IMG/VR virus record: IMGVR_UViG_3300009177_000028
Location: 140,388-204,387 of that record
Strand: one strand, 5' to 3'
Length of the DNA stretch: 64,000 bases
Part shown: positions 9,700-18,431 of the stretch, piece after piece
Position numbering within the stretch: position 1 is the stretch's first letter
How the letters are laid out: each line of letters begins with the position of its first letter
Notes under the pieces: generated by a model
Told to the model about the DNA's origin: nothing
Seen by the model: only the letters and a program-made list of their open reading frames with translations
The model's database searches: none
Made by a program: the position numbers and the translations under genes

Positions 9700-10112
9700 C
9701 CCCTATGTTTATCTCCATGGCTTGCGGCTTCTGTCGTAAGCCTCTCGAATTTCAAGAGAGGCACTCTGGAGATACTCATTTTGATCTCTATATCTGTCGA
9801 GACTGTCAGGCCCCGAAACATCAAACCCTTTACCGACAACTATATAATAAACAAGGGTTTGTTTTATTATGTGATTATGTTAGAATTGATGAATGGTTTA
9901 TTACAAGATACTATCGCCCTACCTCTAAAGGATCCAAAAGTAACTATTCCATTATTTTTAAAGAAGCGATAGGCATCATAGATGGGTCCGTAGACATGGA
10001 GCCCATCTCTCTTAATAAGCCGGTTTGTGAGGTGGACTGTATTTTAGATTTGCCGCTTAATGATATCGAATTACTGAAGCATAAACTAAGCATTTGGACT
10101 ACTTTTTCCTAA
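9696..10112 (+). CDS. Zn-ribbon/FS-tail family member 9
   Basis: CGFC, CRDC; ends LKHKLSIWTTFS-TAA. Confidence 0.88.
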   Translation: MTPMFISMACGFCRKPLEFQERHSGDTHFDLYICRDCQAPKHQTLYRQLYNKQGFVLLCDYVRIDEWFITRYYRPTSKGSKSNYSIIFKEAIGIIDGSVDMEPISLNKPVCEVDCILDLPLNDIELLKHKLSIWTTFS

Positions 10113-10128
10113 ATTAATTAGTGAGCGT

Positions 10129-10500
10129 TTGCGCAGGGTTATATACGAGTATATGGACGATACTCTGCACTGCCCTATTTGCGGCAATAAAATGCGCACG
10201 GTGAACATAAAGCAACTATATGAAAGAACAGGGAATTGGGCGGAACGCACCTGCAATGGAATGAATCATTCTCTGCAAGTGGTTGCCACTCCAAAAGGGA
10301 AGGTTGATTTACTTAAACTGTCACTCAATCCTAAATACTCAAAATTTTTAGAAATTGATTTTGTCAATCAAAAATGTCGCATTATCTGTATGAAAGATAG
10401 TAAGCCAGATTATATTGACATAGCTAAGATGATTGAGCCAGACTTTCCGGATCTGGTTAAGCTAAAGGAAAGAGTGCTGCTATATGTTACCTTCTCATGA
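10129..10500 (+). CDS. Zn-ribbon/FS-tail family member 10
   Basis: CPIC; ends PDFPDLVKLKERVLLYVTFS-TGA; alternative start ATG 10153. Confidence 0.85.
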   Translation: MRRVIYEYMDDTLHCPICGNKMRTVNIKQLYERTGNWAERTCNGMNHSLQVVATPKGKVDLLKLSLNPKYSKFLEIDFVNQKCRIICMKDSKPDYIDIAKMIEPDFPDLVKLKERVLLYVTFS

Positions 10501-10832
10501 AAACACCATGTCCATTTTGTCGTTCTGAACTTGAAGAGTTTAAAGATAAATTCATTACCACCCATGCCTGTTATGATTCTGCCTGCATCAACGATGATAT
10601 GCCAAGGTATAAGGAAATCTACGAAAACACTTCCGAGTCGTTAATAGAACGATACTTCATGATGGGCGGATACTATATCCAAGTAAGCTATAAGAACAAT
10701 TGGACAGTTATTTCTAGATTAGAAGCATGTCTCCTTTTTGATTCAGTCCAAATACCTACCGCCCTTAAAGTAGATTTAACCAATCCATTAGATATTCTCA
10801 ATAAAGTTAAACTTTTTATGATATTTTCATGA
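10497..10832 (+). CDS. Zn-ribbon/FS-tail family member 11
   Basis: CPFC; ends ILNKVKLFMIFS-TGA. Confidence 0.88.
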   Translation: MKTPCPFCRSELEEFKDKFITTHACYDSACINDDMPRYKEIYENTSESLIERYFMMGGYYIQVSYKNNWTVISRLEACLLFDSVQIPTALKVDLTNPLDILNKVKLFMIFS

Positions 10833-11194
10833 ATGATTATATATTTTGTCCATTTTGCGGAGGCGTTGAATGGATAACCGATAAATCGGGTTATGCGGGA
10901 AATGGACGATTAGAGTCTCATAAGTGTAAAGACTGTAAGAAATTTACTTATGTTAATCATTTTGAAAAAACTACTTCGCCAGGTGGACTAGAGCATTTTA
11001 GAAAAAGTAGATTCTCGATTGATGCTAGAATTGATCCTTATCAAGTAACAGTCTTTTATCATAAAGACTCAACCCAATTTAGGGACATTCACTCTGGATA
11101 CGTTATTTTAGTATTAAAGCAAGCAGTTACATTTAATTGGTATAAAAACGAAGAGCTAGTAGATAAAATTAAGAAGTATGTGGTGTTCTCGTGA
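10829..11194 (+). CDS. Zn-ribbon/FS-tail family member 12
   Basis: CPFC, CKDC; ends LVDKIKKYVVFS-TGA. Confidence 0.88.
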   Translation: MNDYIFCPFCGGVEWITDKSGYAGNGRLESHKCKDCKKFTYVNHFEKTTSPGGLEHFRKSRFSIDARIDPYQVTVFYHKDSTQFRDIHSGYVILVLKQAVTFNWYKNEELVDKIKKYVVFS

Positions 11195-11577
11195 TTTGGC
11201 AATATAAAGACTGTCCACTTTGTGGCTGCGAAATGAAGGTAGTACAAGGGGATCCCAACGAGCCTTTGTATCTAATGAGGTGTCCCACCCAACTAGAGCT
11301 GCCCCAAAAGACCTACTTCACCCTATCAGAAGGTGGACTTATCTTAAACGAAATCATGACTCATTTCGAACTAGAGTTTCAGAATCATAAACCAATCTAT
11401 CAAGTAGTTAGAATCTATCCATTTGCTATTAAATCTTATGATGATGTCTCTAATATTTACAGATATGATGCTAGGATGAATTCTAGATTCATTGCCGAGA
11501 CTCCATATATAAATCTCCCTTGGAACGATAAAGAAAAGATAATCAAGAAACTCTCAACCTATACAGTATTCTCATGA
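11191..11577 (+). CDS. Zn-ribbon/FS-tail family member 13
   Basis: CPLC; ends IIKKLSTYTVFS-TGA; GTGA overlap. Confidence 0.88.
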   Translation: MIWQYKDCPLCGCEMKVVQGDPNEPLYLMRCPTQLELPQKTYFTLSEGGLILNEIMTHFELEFQNHKPIYQVVRIYPFAIKSYDDVSNIYRYDARMNSRFIAETPYINLPWNDKEKIIKKLSTYTVFS

Positions 11578-11975
11578 CGCTACCCTGCCCCGTTTGCCAC
11601 GAAATTATGCAAACAACCGAAACCACTAATCTTATCATGTGCCCAAGGCGCAAGATCCATGTCCCATCTCTTAAACAAGACATAGAGACGGTTCATGCCA
11701 TCTACCATTTGAATTCAGAGAATAAGCCCATCCTAAAGGTCATCGAAGTTCTTCCATATACTTTTGAGATTCATGATAATCCTAAGGGCCTTAAACAAAC
11801 CAGAATAATTAAAACCATTAAATGGAATGACCGTAAATCATCTAGAACTACTAGGCTCAGGACAACCTCTCTGGAACGAGAGAACCTAATTACCGTTCCA
11901 GGAACAGTTAATTGCCAATGGGATGACCCCAAGCAAGTCCAAGAACGTGTCAACATGTATATGTTATTCTCATGA
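11574..11975 (+). CDS. Zn-ribbon/FS-tail family member 14
   Basis: CPVC; ends VQERVNMYMLFS-TGA. Confidence 0.88.
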   Translation: MTLPCPVCHEIMQTTETTNLIMCPRRKIHVPSLKQDIETVHAIYHLNSENKPILKVIEVLPYTFEIHDNPKGLKQTRIIKTIKWNDRKSSRTTRLRTTSLERENLITVPGTVNCQWDDPKQVQERVNMYMLFS

Positions 11976-12343
11976 TATTCTCTACCGATCGTTGTCCATT
12001 ATGCAACCAGAAACTCAAATTAGAAATAATTGACGGTTCCTCGGGTAAGGTCGCCTTTCTCTACTACTGCGAGAAAAGAGAAATAACTCGTAATGAAAGC
12101 AATACAAGTTCCGTTGCAGTCCGACACTACGAGAATAGATCTTATCAAGGCGGAGAATTATCCTTTATGATTATTCCGCCTTTTGAATTGATGCATTCTC
12201 AAGCTAAGAAGTTAACTTCTGTTCGTGCGGCAAGTCCGTATCAACCCAAGAAAATTATTTTTGAAGTGCCCCTGCTTGACTTAGACTATTCCAAGACACA
12301 CCTTGTAATCGATAAAATCAAATTACTTACCCTATTCTCATGA
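11972..12343 (+). CDS. Zn-ribbon/FS-tail family member 15
   Basis: CPLC; ends VIDKIKLLTLFS-TGA. Confidence 0.88.
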   Translation: MIFSTDRCPLCNQKLKLEIIDGSSGKVAFLYYCEKREITRNESNTSSVAVRHYENRSYQGGELSFMIIPPFELMHSQAKKLTSVRAASPYQPKKIIFEVPLLDLDYSKTHLVIDKIKLLTLFS

Positions 12344-12687
12344 ATAATTTTGCCATCGATTTCTGCCCCCTGTGTGACAAACCCCTACGGTTACGCCGTG
12401 TCTCCAAGGTCAATATCTATGATTGCCCCACCACTTACGAAGCCGTAACTGCCAATGGCATTAAGCAAAGAAGCCATTATGAGGTAGAGTGTGATGATGG
12501 CCAATGCATTCAACACGTCTATGTCTTACCCTGGAGTATTGATACTTTCGACAAGTATAATAAGTCCCGAGTTCATAAACTACACAATGGGCACCGCTGG
12601 AAGTTTGTAGTAGAATTACCGCCCATTCATCCAGACAAAGAAGATAAGCTTAAAGAGAGAATTAATCTACTGGTGGCGTATCTATGA
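12340..12687 (+). CDS. Zn-ribbon/FS-tail family member 16
   Basis: CPLC; ends LKERINLLVAYL-TGA. Confidence 0.85.
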   Translation: MNNFAIDFCPLCDKPLRLRRVSKVNIYDCPTTYEAVTANGIKQRSHYEVECDDGQCIQHVYVLPWSIDTFDKYNKSRVHKLHNGHRWKFVVELPPIHPDKEDKLKERINLLVAYL

Positions 12688-13088
12688 CTGAAGAACAAGA
12701 GTTTCAAAACTACCACCTACCAAAACCATGTAAGTTTTGTTCTCAGCCGGCCGGCTATGCACCCATTGATGCGCAGTCCGAAACTAATCGTCTCTGCGTT
12801 TATTTCTGCCATACTTGTAATGCTGAGTATGTCTATTTTAGAGATAATAAGATTATCAGTGAATCACTCTATACCGGCATTAATAATAGAGTTTATCGAT
12901 ATACCATTGCTTATGGCGATATTGGGCAAATTTGGTATGTGGAAAAGCCTGGTATCCCTGGTGCAGTCGTCAACAAGGGGATGAAGTTGCTGAAGAGTTT
13001 CAACCCCGGCAAAAACTGTGATACGACTCCTATCCTAACTCCCCAAAATGTAAATGAGAAGCTAAGAACATGGCTGGTCTTTCTTTGA
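12684..13088 (+). CDS. Zn-ribbon/FS-tail family member 17
   Basis: CKFC, CHTC; ends TPQNVNEKLRTWLVFL-TGA. Confidence 0.85.
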   Translation: MTEEQEFQNYHLPKPCKFCSQPAGYAPIDAQSETNRLCVYFCHTCNAEYVYFRDNKIISESLYTGINNRVYRYTIAYGDIGQIWYVEKPGIPGAVVNKGMKLLKSFNPGKNCDTTPILTPQNVNEKLRTWLVFL

Positions 13089-13480
13089 GATGTCATCTTT
13101 GTAACGCCGAGCTTCGCCCCAACAATTATGCTGATTGGGAAATTAGGAATAGAAAGCAAATTACCTACGCCTGTCCTCCAAGCCATCCTCCCCATGCCGC
13201 GATTGAAATGATCCATCCAGATCTTGAGATCAATTACTATAGCTTCCTCTTCCAAATTAAAGACCAACACTATAAACTGTGTTCCCGTGGCTACTCTATT
13301 ATTAGAGAAGCAGATTTCCCCATTACAGTACTTTATAAAGTAACCGTTGCAAAACAGGGACATACAGAGCACCAGATTCTTAGGATTCCTAGATTTTATC
13401 CTCTTGAATTGGCGCAGAGTTTCAATATTCACTGCCAAACAGTTTATCAAAAAATCAAACCACTAATAGTATTCTCATGA
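13085..13480 (+). CDS. Zn-ribbon/FS-tail family member 18
   Basis: TTG start in TTGA overlap; CHLC; ends VYQKIKPLIVFS-TGA. Confidence 0.85.
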   Translation: MRCHLCNAELRPNNYADWEIRNRKQITYACPPSHPPHAAIEMIHPDLEINYYSFLFQIKDQHYKLCSRGYSIIREADFPITVLYKVTVAKQGHTEHQILRIPRFYPLELAQSFNIHCQTVYQKIKPLIVFS

Positions 13481-13896
13481 AGCACTTCCAAACCAGAACC
13501 TGCCCGCTATGCAGCAAGAAGCTCAAACTGGGAGACGAAGACTCCCTCCATGACTTCTACTGCGAGGACTTCTACCTTAGAGGATACGGGATGAATGAGT
13601 TTTTCCTGCTGCTAGACGATGCCACTTCCGTCAGCAGTAGGCGCCGTACCCACATAAAGGAGCCCCATTACTCTATTGATGTAACGGAAGGAAAATACCG
13701 ACAGAGCACTATTATTCCTCCGTACTGGATTATCAGTACCGAGGAAGATAACAAGTCTCGCATCTATAAATTTGGACAAGAGATTAGCCTTCCATCAGAA
13801 CAAACTCTTCTGATGGAAGTCCCCCTAATTGTCCCCAGCGACTATCTTCCTGAACAATTCGCTAAGAAGATTAAGAACCTAGTCATCTTTACATGA
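13477..13896 (+). CDS. Zn-ribbon/FS-tail family member 19
   Basis: CPLC; ends FAKKIKNLVIFT-TGA. Confidence 0.85.
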   Translation: MKHFQTRTCPLCSKKLKLGDEDSLHDFYCEDFYLRGYGMNEFFLLLDDATSVSSRRRTHIKEPHYSIDVTEGKYRQSTIIPPYWIISTEEDNKSRIYKFGQEISLPSEQTLLMEVPLIVPSDYLPEQFAKKIKNLVIFT

Positions 13897-14236
13897 AGTG
13901 TCTCAGAAGCTCTTGGAGCCCTGCTATATCGAATGGCTTCTTGAGGTAGGTACCTGGTTTGAATTCCTTGTCGAGATCGGCAGAGGCACTCATAACCACG
14001 ATGGGGGTAGAGTTCAGTCCCGCCTTCTTGGCGGCCACTAGAAACTCTCGTCCGCTCATGATGGACATCATCAGGTCAAGCAGGACCAAGCGGGGATGGT
14101 GGTCTTGGAGCCAGTTCAGGGCGTCTTGGCCGTTGTTGCAGGAGGCCATTTCCCACCCACTGTCCTCTAGGACAAAGCCCAGCACTTCTCGGAGGTCGAG
14201 GTCGTCATCCACAACCAGCACTTGAGGTTTATCCAC
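13889..14236 (-). CDS. stand-alone response regulator receiver (CheY-like)
   Basis: VLVVDDD, LVLLDLMM (phospho-Asp), IVVMSA, LKKPF; GTG start 14236 after SD-like AAGG. Confidence 0.92.
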   Translation of the reverse strand: MDKPQVLVVDDDLDLREVLGFVLEDSGWEMASCNNGQDALNWLQDHHPRLVLLDLMMSIMSGREFLVAAKKAGLNSTPIVVMSASADLDKEFKPGTYLKKPFDIAGLQELLRHFM

Positions 14237-14241
14237 AACTT

Positions 14242-15396
14242 CTACCTTTCTTCCAAAACGCCGCTCATGGGCAGGCACAACCTGAAAACAGACCCAGGCC
14301 CATTAGGTGGGTCGTGAATCTCGATCCGCCCGCCAAGGCTCTTGGCGGCCTCTCCGGCGAGCCAAAGGCCAATCCCCATCCCGGCGTACTGGTCACCCGA
14401 GACGGCTCGCTCGAACCTCTGGAAAATGCGCTTGCGGTCTTTCTCAGGCACACCAATGCCATAGTCCCTCACATCGACCACAACCCAGCCGTCTACATGA
14501 GCTACATTGATATCAACAGGTTTTCCACAACCATATTTCATCGCGTTGTTGACCAGATTGGTCATAATCTGCTCAACCTTACTGACATCCCAAGTGCCGC
14601 GAATGCGCACTTTTGGCAAGTCAAGGCGAATCTCAATTCCCTGCCGTTTTGCCAAATCGTCATTCCTGAGCACAGTCTCTCGGATGACCTCACACACATC
14701 CGCATCTTGGAACGTCACTTGCGTGGGACTGGAGCGCCGTGAGACCTCTAGCAGGTCGCGTACAAGAGCGTTGAGCTTTTGTCCAGACCTCTCCACCGCT
14801 CCCAACCTCCTCAGAATCTCTGCCCTTGACAGCTCTTCCTTTGTCAATTTCTGCACCAAGTTCTGCGATGTCAAAAGAATACTAGAGATTGGCGTTTTCA
14901 ACTCATGAGCTGCCACTGAGATAAAGTCCTCTCTGATACTAATTGCCTGCTTGAGCTGCTCTCGATATTGAGATAGCTCAGTTATATCAACAAAGGAGAC
15001 GATTCCTTTGCCATCCTTCCCATGAGCTGGAGGGAGAAGCGCACCCTGACAGAGAAAGGTTCGCTTGTTGCCGGTCTCGGCGCAGGTCCAGTTAATCTCA
15101 TAGGCGGTAAAGGTCTCACCTCGGGCCACCCGTCTGGAGGGGTAGTCCCTTTCGGCAATTTGACTCCCATCGTTCTCGAAAAGCCCGCCCCGCCATCTTG
15201 CCTCATAGAGGCGAAAGGCTTCCGCATTCTCTTCGATACCGGCCGGCTCCACCTCTGGAACGACGTATTTGAGCGCGGTAGCGTTCGCATACAAGATCCG
15301 TGCCGTGTCCAGCTCGACTACAATAACTGCACTGGGAAGCGTATTCAGTAGCGCTTCCATCCACTTACGATGAGCCTGCTCTTCGAGTGTTATCAT
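14242..15396 (-). CDS. PAS-domain sensor histidine kinase
   Basis: PAS-like LNTLPSAVIVVE..ILYAN; H-box AHELKTP; N-box NLVNNAMKY; G1 DYGIG; F-box IFQRF; G2 GMGIGL; GC higher than flanks. Confidence 0.93.
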   Translation of the reverse strand: MITLEEQAHRKWMEALLNTLPSAVIVVELDTARILYANATALKYVVPEVEPAGIEENAEAFRLYEARWRGGLFENDGSQIAERDYPSRRVARGETFTAYEINWTCAETGNKRTFLCQGALLPPAHGKDGKGIVSFVDITELSQYREQLKQAISIREDFISVAAHELKTPISSILLTSQNLVQKLTKEELSRAEILRRLGAVERSGQKLNALVRDLLEVSRRSSPTQVTFQDADVCEVIRETVLRNDDLAKRQGIEIRLDLPKVRIRGTWDVSKVEQIMTNLVNNAMKYGCGKPVDINVAHVDGWVVVDVRDYGIGVPEKDRKRIFQRFERAVSGDQYAGMGIGLWLAGEAAKSLGGRIEIHDPPNGPGSVFRLCLPMSGVLEER

Positions 15397-15528
15397 GCGG
15401 TACCCCTCAGAGACTGTATGACCATGTCTCAGCAAGACGCAAGCACAATCGCCCAGCAAAAATCATGCCATGTTGCCTTTTGCCCCACCTGTGGTTAATT
15501 TTCCATCAGGAACTGGAATCTGAATTTT

Positions 15529-15942
15529 ATGAACTGCCCACTCTGCCAAACACCGCTTTCTATTGATGCTAGCGATGTGTATAAAGATCATCCAACTTAT
15601 AAATGTCCCATTCAAGTTAGTGGAGACGAATATACTCATTCCACTCATTACATCAAATACTTTTCGGCAGATTGGACCTACTCCCATTACAGAGAAGAGG
15701 CTGTCCTCCCACCCTACCGATTGATTAATTATTATAATTTTCGACAGGGCAAGAGTGATTACTCTGCTATCCAGGAGTATAAGTTTGTCAAGCATGCCCT
15801 CCAAAAGAATGGTCAGGTCAAGCGCTTCCCTTGCTTCGACCGATATAAGTTTCAAACGTTGATGCGCTTCGATCAATGCCTCTCCATCCCAGATAGTGAA
15901 CACTTCGTCAATCGAATCAAAACCCTCTTGGTCTTCTCATGA
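15529..15942 (+). CDS. Zn-ribbon/FS-tail family member 20
   Basis: CPLC; ends FVNRIKTLLVFS-TGA. Confidence 0.88.
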   Translation: MNCPLCQTPLSIDASDVYKDHPTYKCPIQVSGDEYTHSTHYIKYFSADWTYSHYREEAVLPPYRLINYYNFRQGKSDYSAIQEYKFVKHALQKNGQVKRFPCFDRYKFQTLMRFDQCLSIPDSEHFVNRIKTLLVFS

Positions 15943-16298
15943 GAACTTGTCCATTATGTAATAAAACTCTAATTAAGCAATCGGCCCAAGATGCTTGTGG
16001 GTACCAAGAGGATTGGTATTGTCCCGATGAGCTTCGTTTGGCCTCGGGACGTAAAGTCAATCACTATCGAGAATATCCTGAATTAGGATACACCGATATA
16101 TACTTACCGCCCTACCGCATCCGCAATCAAGATGGTCAATCCAAAATTGGTTATCTCTCCCAGTACAAAACTAAACGAAGAGTTCGTACTACTAGAGGGA
16201 AATACTATTTCAAAACCATCATCACCTGCCCACAACTCCACCCAGATACCGAAGAGAAACTTCTTAATAGAGTTAAACTCCTCCTATTAATATCATGA
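15939..16298 (+). CDS. Zn-ribbon/FS-tail family member 21
   Basis: CPLC; ends LLNRVKLLLLIS-TGA. Confidence 0.85.
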   Translation: MRTCPLCNKTLIKQSAQDACGYQEDWYCPDELRLASGRKVNHYREYPELGYTDIYLPPYRIRNQDGQSKIGYLSQYKTKRRVRTTRGKYYFKTIITCPQLHPDTEEKLLNRVKLLLLIS

Positions 16299-16675
16299 TG
16301 AATGGATTCAATCAATATCTTTGCGACTTTTGCCAGCAACCTTGCAGACGATCCACTGGAGCTAAAGAGTATGGGAAACATGCCCGATGGCAACGCTGCC
16401 TCTCATGCAAAGTCTCCTACGCCATTAGCCTAACAGGGCAAGTCAAATGCCGAATCTTTCGAGGCCCTGGAGAGGATGAATTCTATCAACTTAGAATCAA
16501 TTACAAAGAGAATATTTCTACCATCTGCTTCCTTAAAAAGGATAGTTGGATGTATAACAACCGCAAACAAACTACTTATAACTCAACCCAAATAGTTACC
16601 TTGGATCATTGCATTAAAGATATCTCGCCCCAAAATGTCCAAGATAAAATCAAATTGTATATTCTATTCTCATGA
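16295..16675 (+). CDS. Zn-ribbon/FS-tail family member 22
   Basis: CDFC, CLSC; ends SPQNVQDKIKLYILFS-TGA. Confidence 0.88.
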   Translation: MMNGFNQYLCDFCQQPCRRSTGAKEYGKHARWQRCLSCKVSYAISLTGQVKCRIFRGPGEDEFYQLRINYKENISTICFLKKDSWMYNNRKQTTYNSTQIVTLDHCIKDISPQNVQDKIKLYILFS

Positions 16676-17034
16676 TTAAATGTCATTTCTGCCAACGAAC
16701 TTGCCGTAAGGTGGTTCCCAATCAAAAAGAATTTGATCGCACTCCCTACTGGCGCTGCGATTATCATGGCTCAACCGTTGTTAGACAATATTACATCTCC
16801 GTTCAAGCGGAACCACTTTGCCTATCTCATATTGGTTTGATTACCTATTATAAAGATCTTCAATATGGAGCCTATCTTTTCTTTGATGAAGCTCACTTCC
16901 CCCATAAATTTAGAATCGATAAGATTAATCCATATCCACGGACCACTCAAACCGTTATGACCCTGGACTTCCATCCAGATATCACACCGGAAAATGTCCA
17001 GCAGAAACTCCCGACCTATATTATGTTCTCATGA
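16672..17034 (+). CDS. Zn-ribbon/FS-tail family member 23
   Basis: CHFC, CDYH; ends TPENVQQKLPTYIMFS-TGA. Confidence 0.88.
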   Translation: MIKCHFCQRTCRKVVPNQKEFDRTPYWRCDYHGSTVVRQYYISVQAEPLCLSHIGLITYYKDLQYGAYLFFDEAHFPHKFRIDKINPYPRTTQTVMTLDFHPDITPENVQQKLPTYIMFS

Positions 17035-17369
17035 ATTACTATTGCCTCTTCTGCGATCAACGATGCAAGAAAACTCACCCGGAAGCCTCCTGGTGGAAAT
17101 GCAGGCCATGCAAGGTCTCCTTCCATGATGATGACAATGGCCTTTGGAAAATTTCTTTCTCCGTCAACAAACCAGATGCCCTTTATACCTTGGACTTGCT
17201 CCTCAATGAAAATAAAACCGAGCTGTATGTCCTGGGCAGAGATCCCGTTCCCTCCATTATCGATTCCATTATGAATGGAAAGCTAACCATCTCCCTCCCC
17301 TCCATTATGCAAAATGTTAATCCCAATAACGTGGCGGATAAAGTAAAAACATTATTGGTCTTCTCCTGA
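17031..17369 (+). CDS. Zn-ribbon/FS-tail family member 24
   Basis: CLFC, CRPC; ends NPNNVADKVKTLLVFS-TGA. Confidence 0.88.
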   Translation: MNYYCLFCDQRCKKTHPEASWWKCRPCKVSFHDDDNGLWKISFSVNKPDALYTLDLLLNENKTELYVLGRDPVPSIIDSIMNGKLTISLPSIMQNVNPNNVADKVKTLLVFS

Positions 17370-17415
17370 AATTTGCCACGACACAAAGTTTCATTCGATC
17401 CGCCCCATTTCGCGC

Positions 17416-17778
17416 ATGCACCTCAAAACCATTAGCTGCCAACAACGCTGGAGATACTACTGCCCCTTCTGCGACCAAGATATCACCCCGCCCGATGGCT
17501 ACACCATCAGCAGCTTCATCCAATGCCAATTCTGCCCCGTCACCACCAACTTGATCGTCAATGGCTCCATTTCCAATCCCAATATCGCCTATATCCAATT
17601 CCAGCAAGACCAGTTCATGATCGAACTCAATCAGGATGACCAAACCACGGCCCTCTTTGCCGGTCCCGTCAATGCTAGGCTTTCCCAAATGCTCAAGCTA
17701 AGCTACCTGGTCCCCGTCAATCCAAACAATTTCCACAATTGGCTAAGCAAGCTGCTCAACCTAAAAGCTTTCTCTTAA
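17416..17778 (+). CDS. Zn-ribbon/FS-tail family member 25
   Basis: CPFC, CQFC; ends NPNNFHNWLSKLLNLKAFS-TAA. Confidence 0.85.
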   Translation: MHLKTISCQQRWRYYCPFCDQDITPPDGYTISSFIQCQFCPVTTNLIVNGSISNPNIAYIQFQQDQFMIELNQDDQTTALFAGPVNARLSQMLKLSYLVPVNPNNFHNWLSKLLNLKAFS

Positions 17779-18419
17779 GGCTCTCGATTATAAACCGAAT
17801 CCCCATAAATGCAATAATTCAAATTGCCCATCGGTAAATGCTGATAAACCGCCACTCGCCTCAATGCCTCATAATCCACGCACCTGGCCTCCGCCCAATT
17901 AAACATCGGCTGCATCAAATAGACATCATCATGCTGCGCTCCCAGCAAATGTCCCATCTCATGCAAAGCAATCCCCGTCACCCACTGATTGTACATGCGG
18001 TCGCGAATCATCCACATGCGGTTGCCGCCAATCTCATTGGCCCAAGCTAATGTATACGACTTGCCATGCTTGGTCTTGTCTAACTCCGTTACCATGGAAT
18101 TGCTGCTGTCCGTCTTCATGACCAACCAGCAATTGCCCAATAAACATTGCTTGATAATCTCCGGCTCCATATCAAATCGATAATTAACAACCCGCAACTT
18201 AACATACCCGTTCAAGGCGTAATTCCATTGAGTAATCGCATCGTCAATGGCAAGCTTATCCGCCTCTCCAAAGTTCTTATCCATGTAAATGGAAATAACC
18301 TTCAACGGAACGGGTGAATATCCACCCGCGTTAATATAATGAAACGGCTCCAGCCCTCGATGAGCAAAACATCCAACCGCTAAATACACTGCTAGTAAGA
18401 TTACTAAAAGTCGTTTCAT
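17775..18419 (-). CDS. secreted/lipoprotein metzincin Zn-metalloprotease (matrixin-like)
   Basis: signal/lipobox LAVYLAVGC; HEMGHLLGAQH (HExxHxxGxxH) plus Met-turn YLMQP. Confidence 0.88.
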   Translation of the reverse strand: MKRLLVILLAVYLAVGCFAHRGLEPFHYINAGGYSPVPLKVISIYMDKNFGEADKLAIDDAITQWNYALNGYVKLRVVNYRFDMEPEIIKQCLLGNCWLVMKTDSSNSMVTELDKTKHGKSYTLAWANEIGGNRMWMIRDRMYNQWVTGIALHEMGHLLGAQHDDVYLMQPMFNWAEARCVDYEALRRVAVYQHLPMGNLNYCIYGDSVYNREP

Positions 18420-18431
18420 AAACCATCTCCC

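Noticed and set aside
1500-17778. FS array as an integron cassette array or DGR target set
   Set aside because: Genes overlap by 4 nt, leaving no room for attC sites; no integrase, reverse transcriptase or near-identical template/variable repeat pair is visible in the window.
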